A DNA stretch of 64,000 nt. It comes from Stylophora pistillata. Taxonomy: Eukaryota. Position numbers and translations under genes: made by a program. The notes below the pieces were generated by a model. That model saw only the letters and a list, made by a program, of their open reading frames with translations. It had not been told where the DNA came from and ran no database searches. The stretch's first letter is position 1; each line of letters begins with the position of its first letter. The stretch is from assembly GCF_002571385.2 (NCBI RefSeq), contig NW_019217798.1, positions 49,046 to 113,045 of the forward strand, read 5' to 3'. This document shows positions 35,222 through 46,300 of this stretch, in pieces.

Positions 35222-35650
35222 TTTGATTTATCATCTTACGGGTTTATGTCGGACTAATTTGATGACCTGCTCCCAGTTGGCTTGTTAGCTCAATTGGTAG
35301 AGCGCTGCACTAGTATCGCAGAGGTCTGCGGTTCGAATCCCGTACAGGCCTGATTTTCACTATTGCTTAAATAGTGCTTTACTGCGAGGATCGTGCACAT
35401 CTACGTTTCATAAACGCAGTTCAGATATATATGTATTTCATATATTCGTTGTGTTTGATTCATTATCTTACGGGTTTATGTCGAGTTAATTTGATGGCCT
35501 GCTCCCAGTTGGCTTGTTAGCTCAATTGGTAGAGCGCTGCACTAGTATCGGAGAGGTCAGTGGTTCGAATCCCGTACAGGCCTGAATTTTTTCAGGCCTG
35601 GTTTTCACTTGCTTAAATAGTACTTTACTGCGAGGATCGTGCACATATAA
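35222..35650 (+). mobile_element. Tandem dimer of tRNA-derived repeat, 232-bp period
   Basis: gctcccagttggcttgttagctcaattggtagagcgctgcactagtatcg..ggttcgaatcccgtacaggcctg at 35269 and 35501. Confidence 0.88.
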
Positions 35651-36518
35651 AATTTAGAATATCGTAACTCGGTCAAGCACCTGTCGTCGTTTCGTTCCCT
35701 GTTCCAGTCAGGTGCGAATCGTAGAGGAAAAATTAATTAATTTTAAGATCACTTTGAATCTGTAACCATACGTTATATGAGTACAATGAACGATATTTTT
35801 AGGGAAAAAAATGGAATTTTTACTTCTTCAAATTTGCCGGACGAGACATGATTTGATCATTTATTAGTAGTGTACATTTAATATCATTTAATTTTTTTCA
35901 TTTCAATTCTGCTCTGCTTGAATTCAGACTGACTGACTTCCTCTCGACCAAACGGTTTTTTTTTTTTTGGAGGGATATAATTATGATCTTTAAGTGACTC
36001 CATTGCTGTCTTTCTGTTTAGGTTTTTACTAAGAGCAAAAAATTATATGAAATGTTTTTACCTTTGTTATGGCTCTAAGCGAGTACTTTGAAATATTTGG
36101 ATATATTTGTTTTATTGTCGTGAAATCCGAGGCGGATGCAATCTTCACCACATGGTATAATATGTAGCCTGTATTCGAAGTACTTATTTTCTTATGATTT
36201 ACAGAAATGCATTATTTTTAGCCTGTTGCAGGGTTAATATTCGTCTTAGAAAATCCTTAACAGCAAACTTTAGATACAATTTTGACATTTAGACAGAAAG
36301 GTTTAGAATTAAACTTTTATCATGCCGCGCTCTTGACATCTACTCTCGAGGACAATGGCCGCGCAATGGTACTTCAAATAGCTTTCATTATGTTATCCAA
36401 ATTGACTTTTTATCTGAACACGAATATTAATGTCGCAACATAAACTGAAAGAATAACTCTGTTTCGATTCTACTTTCTCGTTTTTCGATCGTCTTCTGTT
36501 TGTTTAAATATCAAACTT

Positions 36519-37454
36519 TCAACGCGATTGACAGCTAAGCATTTGTCTGACTTTTTTTCGAAACGATCGACTTTGAAGCGAATAGAGAATTGGATTGAAG
36601 CTTGCGCTCATCCAAACCAAACTTAGCATGATAACAAGCAATTTATCCTCGATTTCTTGCACAGCACCGACTAAAATTAAACCTTCTACAGCCGCCCATG
36701 GCAGCCAAAATACGTTGAAAGAAACAACAACGCTGAGGACAATTCTTGTGATACGTTTTCGCGTTTTGAGGAGAATTTGTTCTCCTTCCTGGGGGGTTCG
36801 CCGCGAGCAATGACACCATAGATGTTTGATAAGGGCTAGAGAAGTTCGCAGTATTACCGCCATCGGTATAATATATGCAGCAATGAGATCGATGAAAACG
36901 ATCACTTTGATTTTAAAACTGTGAGCTCCAGATTCCAAGAGAAATGTTAAGCAAATTAAAACGGATTTTCCTTCGAACGCGTTAGGAATTTTCATCATAA
37001 GCAAAACCGTTGGTAAAGATGTAATCACAGCTATCAGCCAAATTATTACAATCAAAATACGGTTGTTCTTCTTTTTCGAAGCTCTTCTGTGCTTCCACGG
37101 ATGAACTATAGCGTAAAATCTGTCCGTTGAGATAGCAGCCAGTGTAAGAACAGATTTTTGAGACGTGAAGTGAATTCCCACGATGGTTACTTTACATGCA
37201 ATGCCCTCGAAGTTGGGTGGCAAAAGATTCCCATCGCTAAAATACCGATTACGAATTTGTTCCGCGTAGAAGAGAGTTCCAAACAGCAAACAAAACAAGT
37301 CAGATATGGCTAAATTGAGTAGAAGGTAGTTAAATGAAGACCTCAGTTTTTTGTTTGTGATAATAAGGAAGCAGATTATAAAATTTCCCACCAACCCTGC
37401 CCATATTATAACTGGTGTAACAACTTCAAACGCTAAAGAATCGTTTAACGACAT
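36519..37454 (-). CDS. Intronless class A GPCR, peptide-receptor-like (paralog A)
   Basis: 311 aa. Motifs GLVGN, NYLLLNLAISDL, C3.25, STDRFYAIVHP, FWLPW, NPILY. Confidence 0.93.
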   Translation of the reverse strand: MSLNDSLAFEVVTPVIIWAGLVGNFIICFLIITNKKLRSSFNYLLLNLAISDLFCLLFGTLFYAEQIRNRYFSDGNLLPPNFEGIACKVTIVGIHFTSQKSVLTLAAISTDRFYAIVHPWKHRRASKKKNNRILIVIIWLIAVITSLPTVLLMMKIPNAFEGKSVLICLTFLLESGAHSFKIKVIVFIDLIAAYIIPMAVILRTSLALIKHLWCHCSRRTPQEGEQILLKTRKRITRIVLSVVVSFNVFWLPWAAVEGLILVGAVQEIEDKLLVIMLSLVWMSASFNPILYSLQSRSFRKKVRQMLSCQSR

Positions 37455-39471
37455 GGTGAGAGCTCCACGACTTGAAGTCGGCCTCTATGTAGTTTCCTCT
37501 CGCGAACAAAGATTATTACATCGGAAAAACTGACGTTTCTTATAGATATGCCCTTCCTTTTTGACACGAACAAAAATAATCTTCAGGAAATGCTGTTTCA
37601 CGGGGGGTTATAATTATGCAAATGTATGTCCTCGAAAGTCGCTCTCTAAATTTACTTTTGAACCAGAGCTTAATTACAATGTGATTCAAAATCAGTCTGC
37701 AAGATTGAAATGATGACAATAACGATTTGTCTTGGTTTCATTAAATCTTATACCTGCAGAATTCACTGTTTCAAAGTGGCTTTAAAGGATTTGAATTAAT
37801 AGAAGAATTGATCATGGGCAATCGACTGTTGTAATAAAGCTCAGTGTGTTTAGTTTTCTTCAGCTGTCGCATGATTTTACAGTACATTTTGAGGAAAGTT
37901 ATCTATATTTATCTATTTTAAGCGACGCTACTTGAACTTTGAAGCATGAAATCATGTCTTTAATTAACAGGACATAATCTATTGCTCATCAGAACTTTCG
38001 TTTAAATACTTTTATGAGTAGCAAGTAAGCCGCACTCAGTTTTCCGTTTAAAAGATATCCCTGTTTTTTCCCTTCAATTCTGTTTATTTTTAATTTTATT
38101 TTGAACACTTTTTTCGGAAACATTTTGTAGCATCACTAAGTATGATAGTAACACCAGATGGCTTGCTCACTCAATCACTCCGTTTTGTCGCGATAACATC
38201 TATTGATTGGACCATTAAGAAACTTGAATTGCCTTAGTTATAATTAAAAGCTATATATTCACCGTAGCGGAGGAGGCCAGTGGTGAATATTTGGTGGTGG
38301 ATATTGAAACTGCAATTATGCGAAAACTGTGTGTGTGGTCTGTGGCCCGGAAATTAACAACTCCGCATCTTTAATATAAATATAATTCACTTTAATCCTG
38401 ATTAGCTGAAGTTGGTTGAAACTAAAGAAAATAACAAACTTTTACAACAGTTACACAATAGACAACATAAAGAAATAACGAACAACAAGACGGAAAGAGG
38501 ACTATAACTGAAGTACTTACATTGTTACGGCCACAGAAACATTATTAAACTGCACTGAGCAAAAACAAGAAAACAGCTATATTACATGATAAATTATGCA
38601 GGCAGCACAAAGCGACCAAAAGGCTGCAACAAAATGACAAAGAAAAGCGCTAATGAAACAATAAATATAACTGTAGAATGAAAAAGACTTATAAATGAAC
38701 TCCAAACACGTAAAAGGAAAGAAAAAATGTCGCACTTAGAACTTACAGATATTTTTTTGGTGGTAAATATCCACAGCTAGGCACCAACACTGAAGTAAAC
38801 ATTTGTTTTAACCAAAGAAGAGAGAGAAGATGGCCAACGAGTGCAATATTTTAGGTTCAAATCGCGTACAAGTTGCTCGAAGGCGAACGGCAAAGGATGG
38901 TTAAAGTTTGAAAAAACAATCAGAGCGCATGCATGACGCCTTCAACGTTATCCTCTATTTAATCATTTTACTAACTGTAAATAGCTCTGCCTTTGGACTA
39001 TGGATTTATTCTTTTTATCTAAATCTATCTATTTTTCTTCAAAATCGTTCAGCTGTAACTTAAAGGAAAGAAGAGAAGAGAGTTTAAATATGCAGATTAC
39101 TTATGGAACGACCAGGGCGCAATTTAAGTTTCCATTGTTGCATTCTCGAACGAATGTCGAAAGGAGCCTGGCATTGCATTAGTTTTGCTTCTCTACCGTC
39201 CGTGATTGGTCCAGAGAACTAGCGTCTTTCTTTCAAGCAAGAATAAAACTCGCGCTTTCCTCTCGACCAATCAAATGCCATACTAAAATCACTCATGCCC
39301 ACCCGCTTCAGTTCCCGCGCTCTTGGCAGATTGCTTGTTTTATCTTCGATCTGATCTTTATAGAGTTTTCCTTTATTTTGATCGGCTGGAAAATTGATTA
39401 AGGGGCACATGATTGATAATTAGATTTTATTGAAAAACAGTTCTTTAAAAACAAAATACGTTTTCAAAATA

Positions 39472-40387
39472 TATCGGGTGCCATATAGGACAATATTGTG
39501 TGCCCAAAAAATAAAATGCAAAAGTTACGAATAAATGGCATGGATCAAATAAATATATGAATGGAATATATGTGCAACATATATATGGTACGGATCAAGT
39601 CAATATATGGTACTGAATAAATAAAAATATGACATAGGACAAAAGTAAGAAAAATATATATGGCTATTGTGCCCGTTATCACTTTGGCCAGCGGCGTTAT
39701 TTTGGAAAGCCGGAAAACTTGGCATCTGATCGAGGAATTGAATAATTATGGTGAACTCTACTCCCACCGTCGACTTACTTGTTCGACAGATTTTTGATCA
39801 CCCTCAATTCAAAGAAGCCTTGCAAGCTAGGTCATCCGTTAGTTCAAGTTCAAACCCTGAAACTTCAACTCAAACAGCAGTTTCTGGAGCACGAGCCGTT
39901 CTCAAAGAAAATCCACTTTCAGAAGCATAGTCTCGAAGCATGCAACAAATATTTAGAAATTAAGCCGATGATTTCTTCGTACAAGAGATAAAGTGGCTCA
40001 AGTAAACTTTCGCCAGTGCTTTGCACTTTGCACTCAAATATGAAACACTTAACAACGTATGCATGATCATCTAATCGGCGTTCAAAATACTTCAAGACAT
40101 TGATGTTTTCAGAGTGAATATTTCTACGAGTTTGACGAAAAAGGGATGGAATAGAGCTCTCGAAAAATTGCTCTAAATCATCAATCCTGTCAATCTTCCG
40201 CTGACCAAATTGACAATGGGCACTATAACCATATATATTTTTCGCGCATTTGCCCCATATCTATATCGTATTTGGTCCATGCCACATATATTCCATGTAT
40301 ATCATATCTATTTGATCCATGACATATATATTTAAGTTTTGCACTTTATTTTTGTGTCAACAATATTGTCCCATACGGCACGCCATA
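39472..40387. mobile_element. Non-autonomous DNA transposon with long imperfect TIRs and 6-bp TSD (IS3EU-like)
   Basis: Left end tatcgggtgccatataggacaatattg, right end caatattgtcccatacggcacgccata. Similarity extends ~200 bp inward (gtgcccgttatcactttggccagcgg / ccgctgaccaaattgacaatgggcac). AAAATA at 39466-71 and 40388-93. Confidence 0.75.
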
Positions 40388-41501
40388 AAAATATGCCTCG
40401 AAACTCCTCTCCATTCGAGATTAAGGAAAATGTATACTTGAAGAGGAAAGTGTTTCATTTGACCGCGAACCCTGCAAAAAATTGATCATTTGTTTCAGTA
40501 AGTTTACGTAAAAAAATTGAAACTAAGCGGATTCTTTGTCTTTTCCTCAGCACTTAATTTCAATAGTTTCTGAATCATCTAATTTATTCATGAAAAAAAA
40601 TTTCTCCTTGAAAGAGGAAAATTAATGAACGCCTCCATGATATATATAAACATGACAACGGAACCAAATTCACTGGTAAGCCGACCGTTAAGCCACTAAA
40701 ATTAGTCCTAGGCTGTAAAAAAGAGGGTTTTTTGGCTTAAGAAAGGGACCAATCAAATGAAATGAGTTTCGGAGTGTTATTAGTAGAAATTTACGAGACA
40801 TCACGCTTCACGATCATAGCGGAAACATTTTCACGCTTTCTCGTTGTCGATATTACGCAGTCTCAAAAAGATAAGATAGACATCTTAGTCAGGGTGGAAA
40901 TAGCGCTCTATGCTATTAAAAATCAAGCCTCCAGAGTTTTAATGCATACTATTATTAGCTATGGCCTCTTGGCTTAGACGTTTAGGTGGATTTACCTTAA
41001 AAAAAAAAAAAAAAAAAACTGTTAAAATGGATTAAACGATTATTTTCCTCATAACGAAAATAATCAAAACAAAACGCAATAAACACAAAGAAAGAATCGT
41101 GTAGAATACTACTATTACTTCGAGTGAAAACGTAACTATTTTTAATTGAAGACTGTGTAAAAAATCATATCGAAAAAGTAACATTTGCATCTAAAATGAG
41201 ATTATCAAATAGAAATCCGCCAAGCGCCCTCAATTTCCCTTTTAATTGGAGGCTTATTTTAGGTATGGCAGTTAAGAATCAAGTTCTCGTTAACATGTTA
41301 ATTAAGAAATGACAATCTTTCGAATGCAATTCGTATAGAATCTACCACTGTGCAAGGAGTATTTCGAAAAGATTGCCTAAGGAAGTTTTTCCTCGTAAAA
41401 CCCAGACGAGCTCTGAATAGATATTTCAGTTTATCTTTGTACTTAACGCTCTGTTTTCGCCCTACGAATTGTTCTCACTCCGTGGACCCATACGGCTGAG
41501 A

Positions 41502-42431
41502 ATGTCTATGAACGCTGATTTAAAAGCATTTGATGTTGCTACGCCGGTTATAATTTTGGCAGGCATGACTGGAAATTTCATTGTCTGTTGCCTCATTATT
41601 ACAAACAAAAAACTGAGGACTTCATTTAACTATCTTCTTCTCAATTTAGCCATATCTGACTTGTCATGCTTACTGTTTGCGTCTCTTTTCTACGCGGGGA
41701 AAATTCGAAATCTTTACTTCAGCGACGGAAATCTTCTACGACCCGACTTCGAGGGCATTGCTTGCAAAGTAACTATTGTAAGCATCGACCTCACCACGAA
41801 AATTTCTGTTTTTACTCTAGCTGCTATCTCAACGGACAGATTTTATGCAATAGTTTATCCATGGAAGCACAGAAAAGCTTCGATAACGACGAAGATACGA
41901 ATCCTGCTTCTCGTTATTTGGTTGGTGGCGGTGATATGTTGTCTACCGATGATGGTGATCATGGCAAAAATTCCGAATAGATTCGAAGGAGAATCGATAG
42001 CGCCGCTTTGCCTTAAATTTCTTGTGGATACCGACAAATTTAAAGTCATCGCTTTTATTGATCTCATCGCTGCTTACATTATACCGATGGCGATTATTTT
42101 GCGGACTTCAGTGGCAGTTATCAAACATCTATGGTGCCATTGCTGGCGTCGAACGCGTCGCGAAGAAGGCAAATTATTGGTTAACTCGCGCAAGCGAATT
42201 ACAAAAATTGTCTTTAGTGTTATTGTTGCTTTTAACATATTTTGGTTACCATGGGCGGTTCTGCAAGGTTCTCTTTTAATCGGTGTTGTTCACGAAATTA
42301 ACGGCAGAATGTTCCTTATCATGTTTAGTTTGGTTTTAATCAGCGCCAGTGTAAATCCAATTCTGTATTCGATTCAAAGTCGATTGTTTCGAAAAGGGGT
42401 TATTAAAATGCTTCGCTGTAAATCAATTTGA
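41502..42431 (+). CDS. Intronless class A GPCR, peptide-receptor-like (paralog B)
   Basis: First ATG at 41502 (MSMNADL) aligns with the paralog A start. Same motifs NYLLLNLAISDL, STDRFYAIVYP, FWLPW, NPILY. Confidence 0.93.
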   Translation: MSMNADLKAFDVATPVIILAGMTGNFIVCCLIITNKKLRTSFNYLLLNLAISDLSCLLFASLFYAGKIRNLYFSDGNLLRPDFEGIACKVTIVSIDLTTKISVFTLAAISTDRFYAIVYPWKHRKASITTKIRILLLVIWLVAVICCLPMMVIMAKIPNRFEGESIAPLCLKFLVDTDKFKVIAFIDLIAAYIIPMAIILRTSVAVIKHLWCHCWRRTRREEGKLLVNSRKRITKIVFSVIVAFNIFWLPWAVLQGSLLIGVVHEINGRMFLIMFSLVLISASVNPILYSIQSRLFRKGVIKMLRCKSI

Positions 42432-43339
42432 ACATTCGGGGGAAATCTTTGAATGAACGTTAAAGAAACAGGATATTTTTTCGTTATTCAAGATTTTACT
42501 GTATGATAAATTTTTTTGTCAATATCAAGAAATATCAACATTCAGATTTAGACTTGTGCAAAAGATCACAGCTGTCGTTAAGGATTAACGTGAATGGAGC
42601 GAATTATTATTCTCTCGGTACACTATTTTTCTTGGTATTAGAAGTTAAGGACATGAAATAAGTCTTGAAAATGTGAATGAATATTCAACAGTTCAGCTTT
42701 TAGGCTAGGAACAATAAAACATTTTAATCTAAAATTTCACTAGCAATCATCGTCTCATATATAGATTAAAAATATCAAGTTTCAGAACTGACCGGAATTT
42801 TGATTAGCTAATTCAACGTAAGCAATGTAAGGAGTATTGGTATACAGCATCGAAACTGCAAATAAAGTCTCGCGAAACGACACCAGCTTCCTTCTACAAA
42901 TAATCTTCAACTATCGCTGAAAACCACACAACAAACACACACATAGTCATTTATAGCTAACAGATTGAAAAAAACATGTCACGGCAAAACAAAACCATTA
43001 ATGAAGGCGATAAAAATGCAAGACACCCACCGTACCCACTTGTATGACTTTCTACTTTGATTAGAGTTTTTATTTGATCAGATGTGCCGCATACATTAGG
43101 ACGCATTTGCCCCTCGCCTGCTATTTTTAAACCGTGAGATACGTAGTGTCGAAAACGAATTGGAGTTTGCAACGCAGTGGTAAATCTGGAACTCATTCCC
43201 AAGTAGGGCCGAGAGGCTCGCGAGTTTTTAATAGAAGTTGAATACACGGTCAAGAGCAAAATGATCCGCAAGGCGAAACAGGAATTTTTCGTGACAATAC
43301 GTCACTCGTGTATCTTAAATGAAATATTTCCTGAGCGTG

Positions 43340-46300
43340 TTATGTATGATCATCTGAAGCGTCACTAGAGTCGGCGTAATCGCAGCACACCAAAGAACTA
43401 ATATAAGATTTTCTATCCAGCTCTGAGTCTTCAGAGCTTCCATCCGGGGTATTGTAGTTTTCCTCCTGTTTTAATTGGTTTGCGAGGCAATTCTGTGTTT
43501 GTTTGACGCTTTGAGACGTCGCATCCGGGGACCTAGCCGCACGAACTTCCGTTTCAGATGATGTATTTCCAGTTATCTCAATGTTTCTCTGCGAATCTAG
43601 TTCAGAAGAAATCACTGTTTGATTCACGATGGGACCATTTGAAAGGTCTTCAACTGAAGGGTCCTTATAAGTACTATTGTCTGCGCTCTCGCTATTATTG
43701 AGCTTTGTCCTTCGAACTTTAATACCAAACGATCCCTGGATGGTAAGTTCATTCTTCGACTTGGCAGGTGTTGAAAAAGAATTGACCTTGATTTGTCTCC
43801 GTTTTCCGAGAAGTTGCTTGATTTTTTGTCTTTTTTCCTCGGATTTTCCCTTTGTATCAAACAATGGCCTGTCGTTGATTTCAGACCGACGCTTACGGCG
43901 ATGCCCGTCAAAACCTGGATGAGATTAAAAAAAAAAAAAAAAATTGGACTGCGTCAAAATAAAGTGATTTTACCGTTACCAATCCTTCTTCGATAACCAG
44001 CAAAAGAGTTTTGCGCTGCAGAAAATCATTATCGCAACGGAAATCTAGAAGCAGAAACAAACAAACTACATTAAATTCCTCTAATCATTTCTCGACTGAA
44101 TATTTGCGCTTGTTTTCCTTCAGTGGCAATGCAAATGTAAATATGAAAGATGTATGGGAAAAAATGACACCTTTTTTAAACGGCGGTTTCTAGCCTGATT
44201 CGAACTTCAACAAACTCAGAAACACGATCTCTGAACTCTCTGAAACATCAAATGTTCTGGAAAGGTCTGCGACATGACATGATCACTGTGTATACAGTAG
44301 GTGTCTATGGCCGACTATTTGGCGTAATGAAAAATTGAGATAAAGGACTTAGTTACCAATACGTAACTGAGGCAAAATTTATGTCATTTCACACCTTTTC
44401 CATGATATCTTATCCTATTCGCGAGTTCGATGTCTTCCTCTCTTTCTGGCACAAGACTTACGTCCAGCGCTCCCCTGTCTTTCAACTCGTTGTCTTTCAT
44501 GGCTTGAGCATTCAAATCCTGTTTCTGCTCGCGAAATTTCTTTCTAAGAAGCTGATTAGCTGCGTAATCATCATCCCATACAGACTGAACTTCCTGGAAG
44601 AGATAAAATATGTTTTCCAAAACGTATTCAATAGTTAATTTCGTAAATGGAAGATGAGATTGGGGTAGATGTCTACCTTCCCCCACCCTGCCAATTTCCC
44701 CACCAATCCCAGAAAAAGTGCGTTAACAGGTCGCAACAAGTTGAAGAAGCTTGCCATAGTTTTCAATTTAAAAAGCTAGTCGCATAGTATAGTATTTACA
44801 CGCCTTTTTCACATCCAAGCTTAATATGAAGTTGCAGCATTCATAAGTCTTCATTTCTCTGTTTTGAGCCCTGAAAACATGTTACCTTAAGCTGTGCTAA
44901 AGTAGGTAAAGCTTTCTTGGACTTCTCTTGATCTTGAACACCATGTTCCAATTTAAACATTGCATCAATTGCCATTTTCTTGACATCCTCCTTGTCTAAC
45001 ACAAATAAAAATAAAAGAATTAAATGAAATAAAATGACATAAAATGATATAAAATTTGATGAAATGAAATGAAAATAAGAAGAAAATGAAAATGAAATGA
45101 ATGATGAGACGAACTAACACAAATATATAACATAAATCAATATATTTTTTAAAACCCTCACTGGCAGTAGGCAAACCAGTTAAAAAATGGCTGTTCTAAT
45201 TCATATTCACACCACGGTAAAACTGTCTTTTTTACCTTCTTGATCAAGATGTTAGCAACATTGAAACATCAGACAACTAAAGTATTGTTTTATTATTTCT
45301 GCTCCTATACTGCCTCTCAAAAAACAGTCAACTTTCACAATGCATTACGCCCAACAGCTTCAACAAGTGTGTGAGAGGAATAAATGCTTTGAAATGATCA
45401 GCCAAGCTAAGCATGCTCAGATAAATTATACCATCACATGTATGTATCTGCTCCCTGAAGTCTTGCAACCACCCTGCAATTTTATCACAAGTCAGCAGAT
45501 GCAACTACTGGTTGGCAGGCCTTTTTGTTGCGAGGTTTATTTTTCCTACTGTATATTACATTTTGGTGAATGTTGCATGGAAAAACTCGATAAAGTTTTA
45601 TATTTCTAGTCTTGATTACCTGTTAGTTCAACAGTTTCTGTTGCTGATGGTTCCCATCTTTCTTCTTTTCTTCTAGCTCCACTCACAATAACATAATCAC
45701 AGTTCTTATCAAGAGACAAAAAAATATTCAATGAAACATATAACATATATATTCAAAATTAAACTGCATTGTAAATTGTACCAGTAAACTGTATCAAACA
45801 CACTTTGAAATAATTTTTTTCTTGGTCAGCTTAACTTTTTAATGACAGTTGATTACAAGAAGGCAAAAATTTGGAAAGGATAAATTATTGCAAAACAGCA
45901 AAATGTTGTATGAAAACCCCTCACACTTAAAGCTACCCTGGCTTAAACATGCTATTATCAGTTTGTGCTTTGATTGCTCCAATTAATTTTGGTATGTCAC
46001 AAGGTATAATCAATTATATATACACCATCCAGTAACTATAGGCCAAGGAGTAGCAAATATATTAAAAATGAAAACACTGTGGCTCTTTTCTCCATTTCTG
46101 GTAAATTTCCTGTGAGCTTTAGACCATAACAGATAAAAGAACTTGAAATCACCTTTACCTCAGAGAGCAGATCTCAAGAGTGAGGTTAAAGAATTAGGAG
46201 AATAGAAATTGTACCTTGCATTTTCGGGACTATTTCTTTAATAGAATTTGTATCATGTGGAATAGTATCCCTGATAATATCAAGTTGGTTGAATCCTTGG

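Noticed and set aside
35279-35350. tRNA gene calls (also 29657, 35511, 62200)
   Set aside because: Acceptor and anticodon stems are imperfect, and the flanks are shared repeat sequence; these are tRNA-derived elements.
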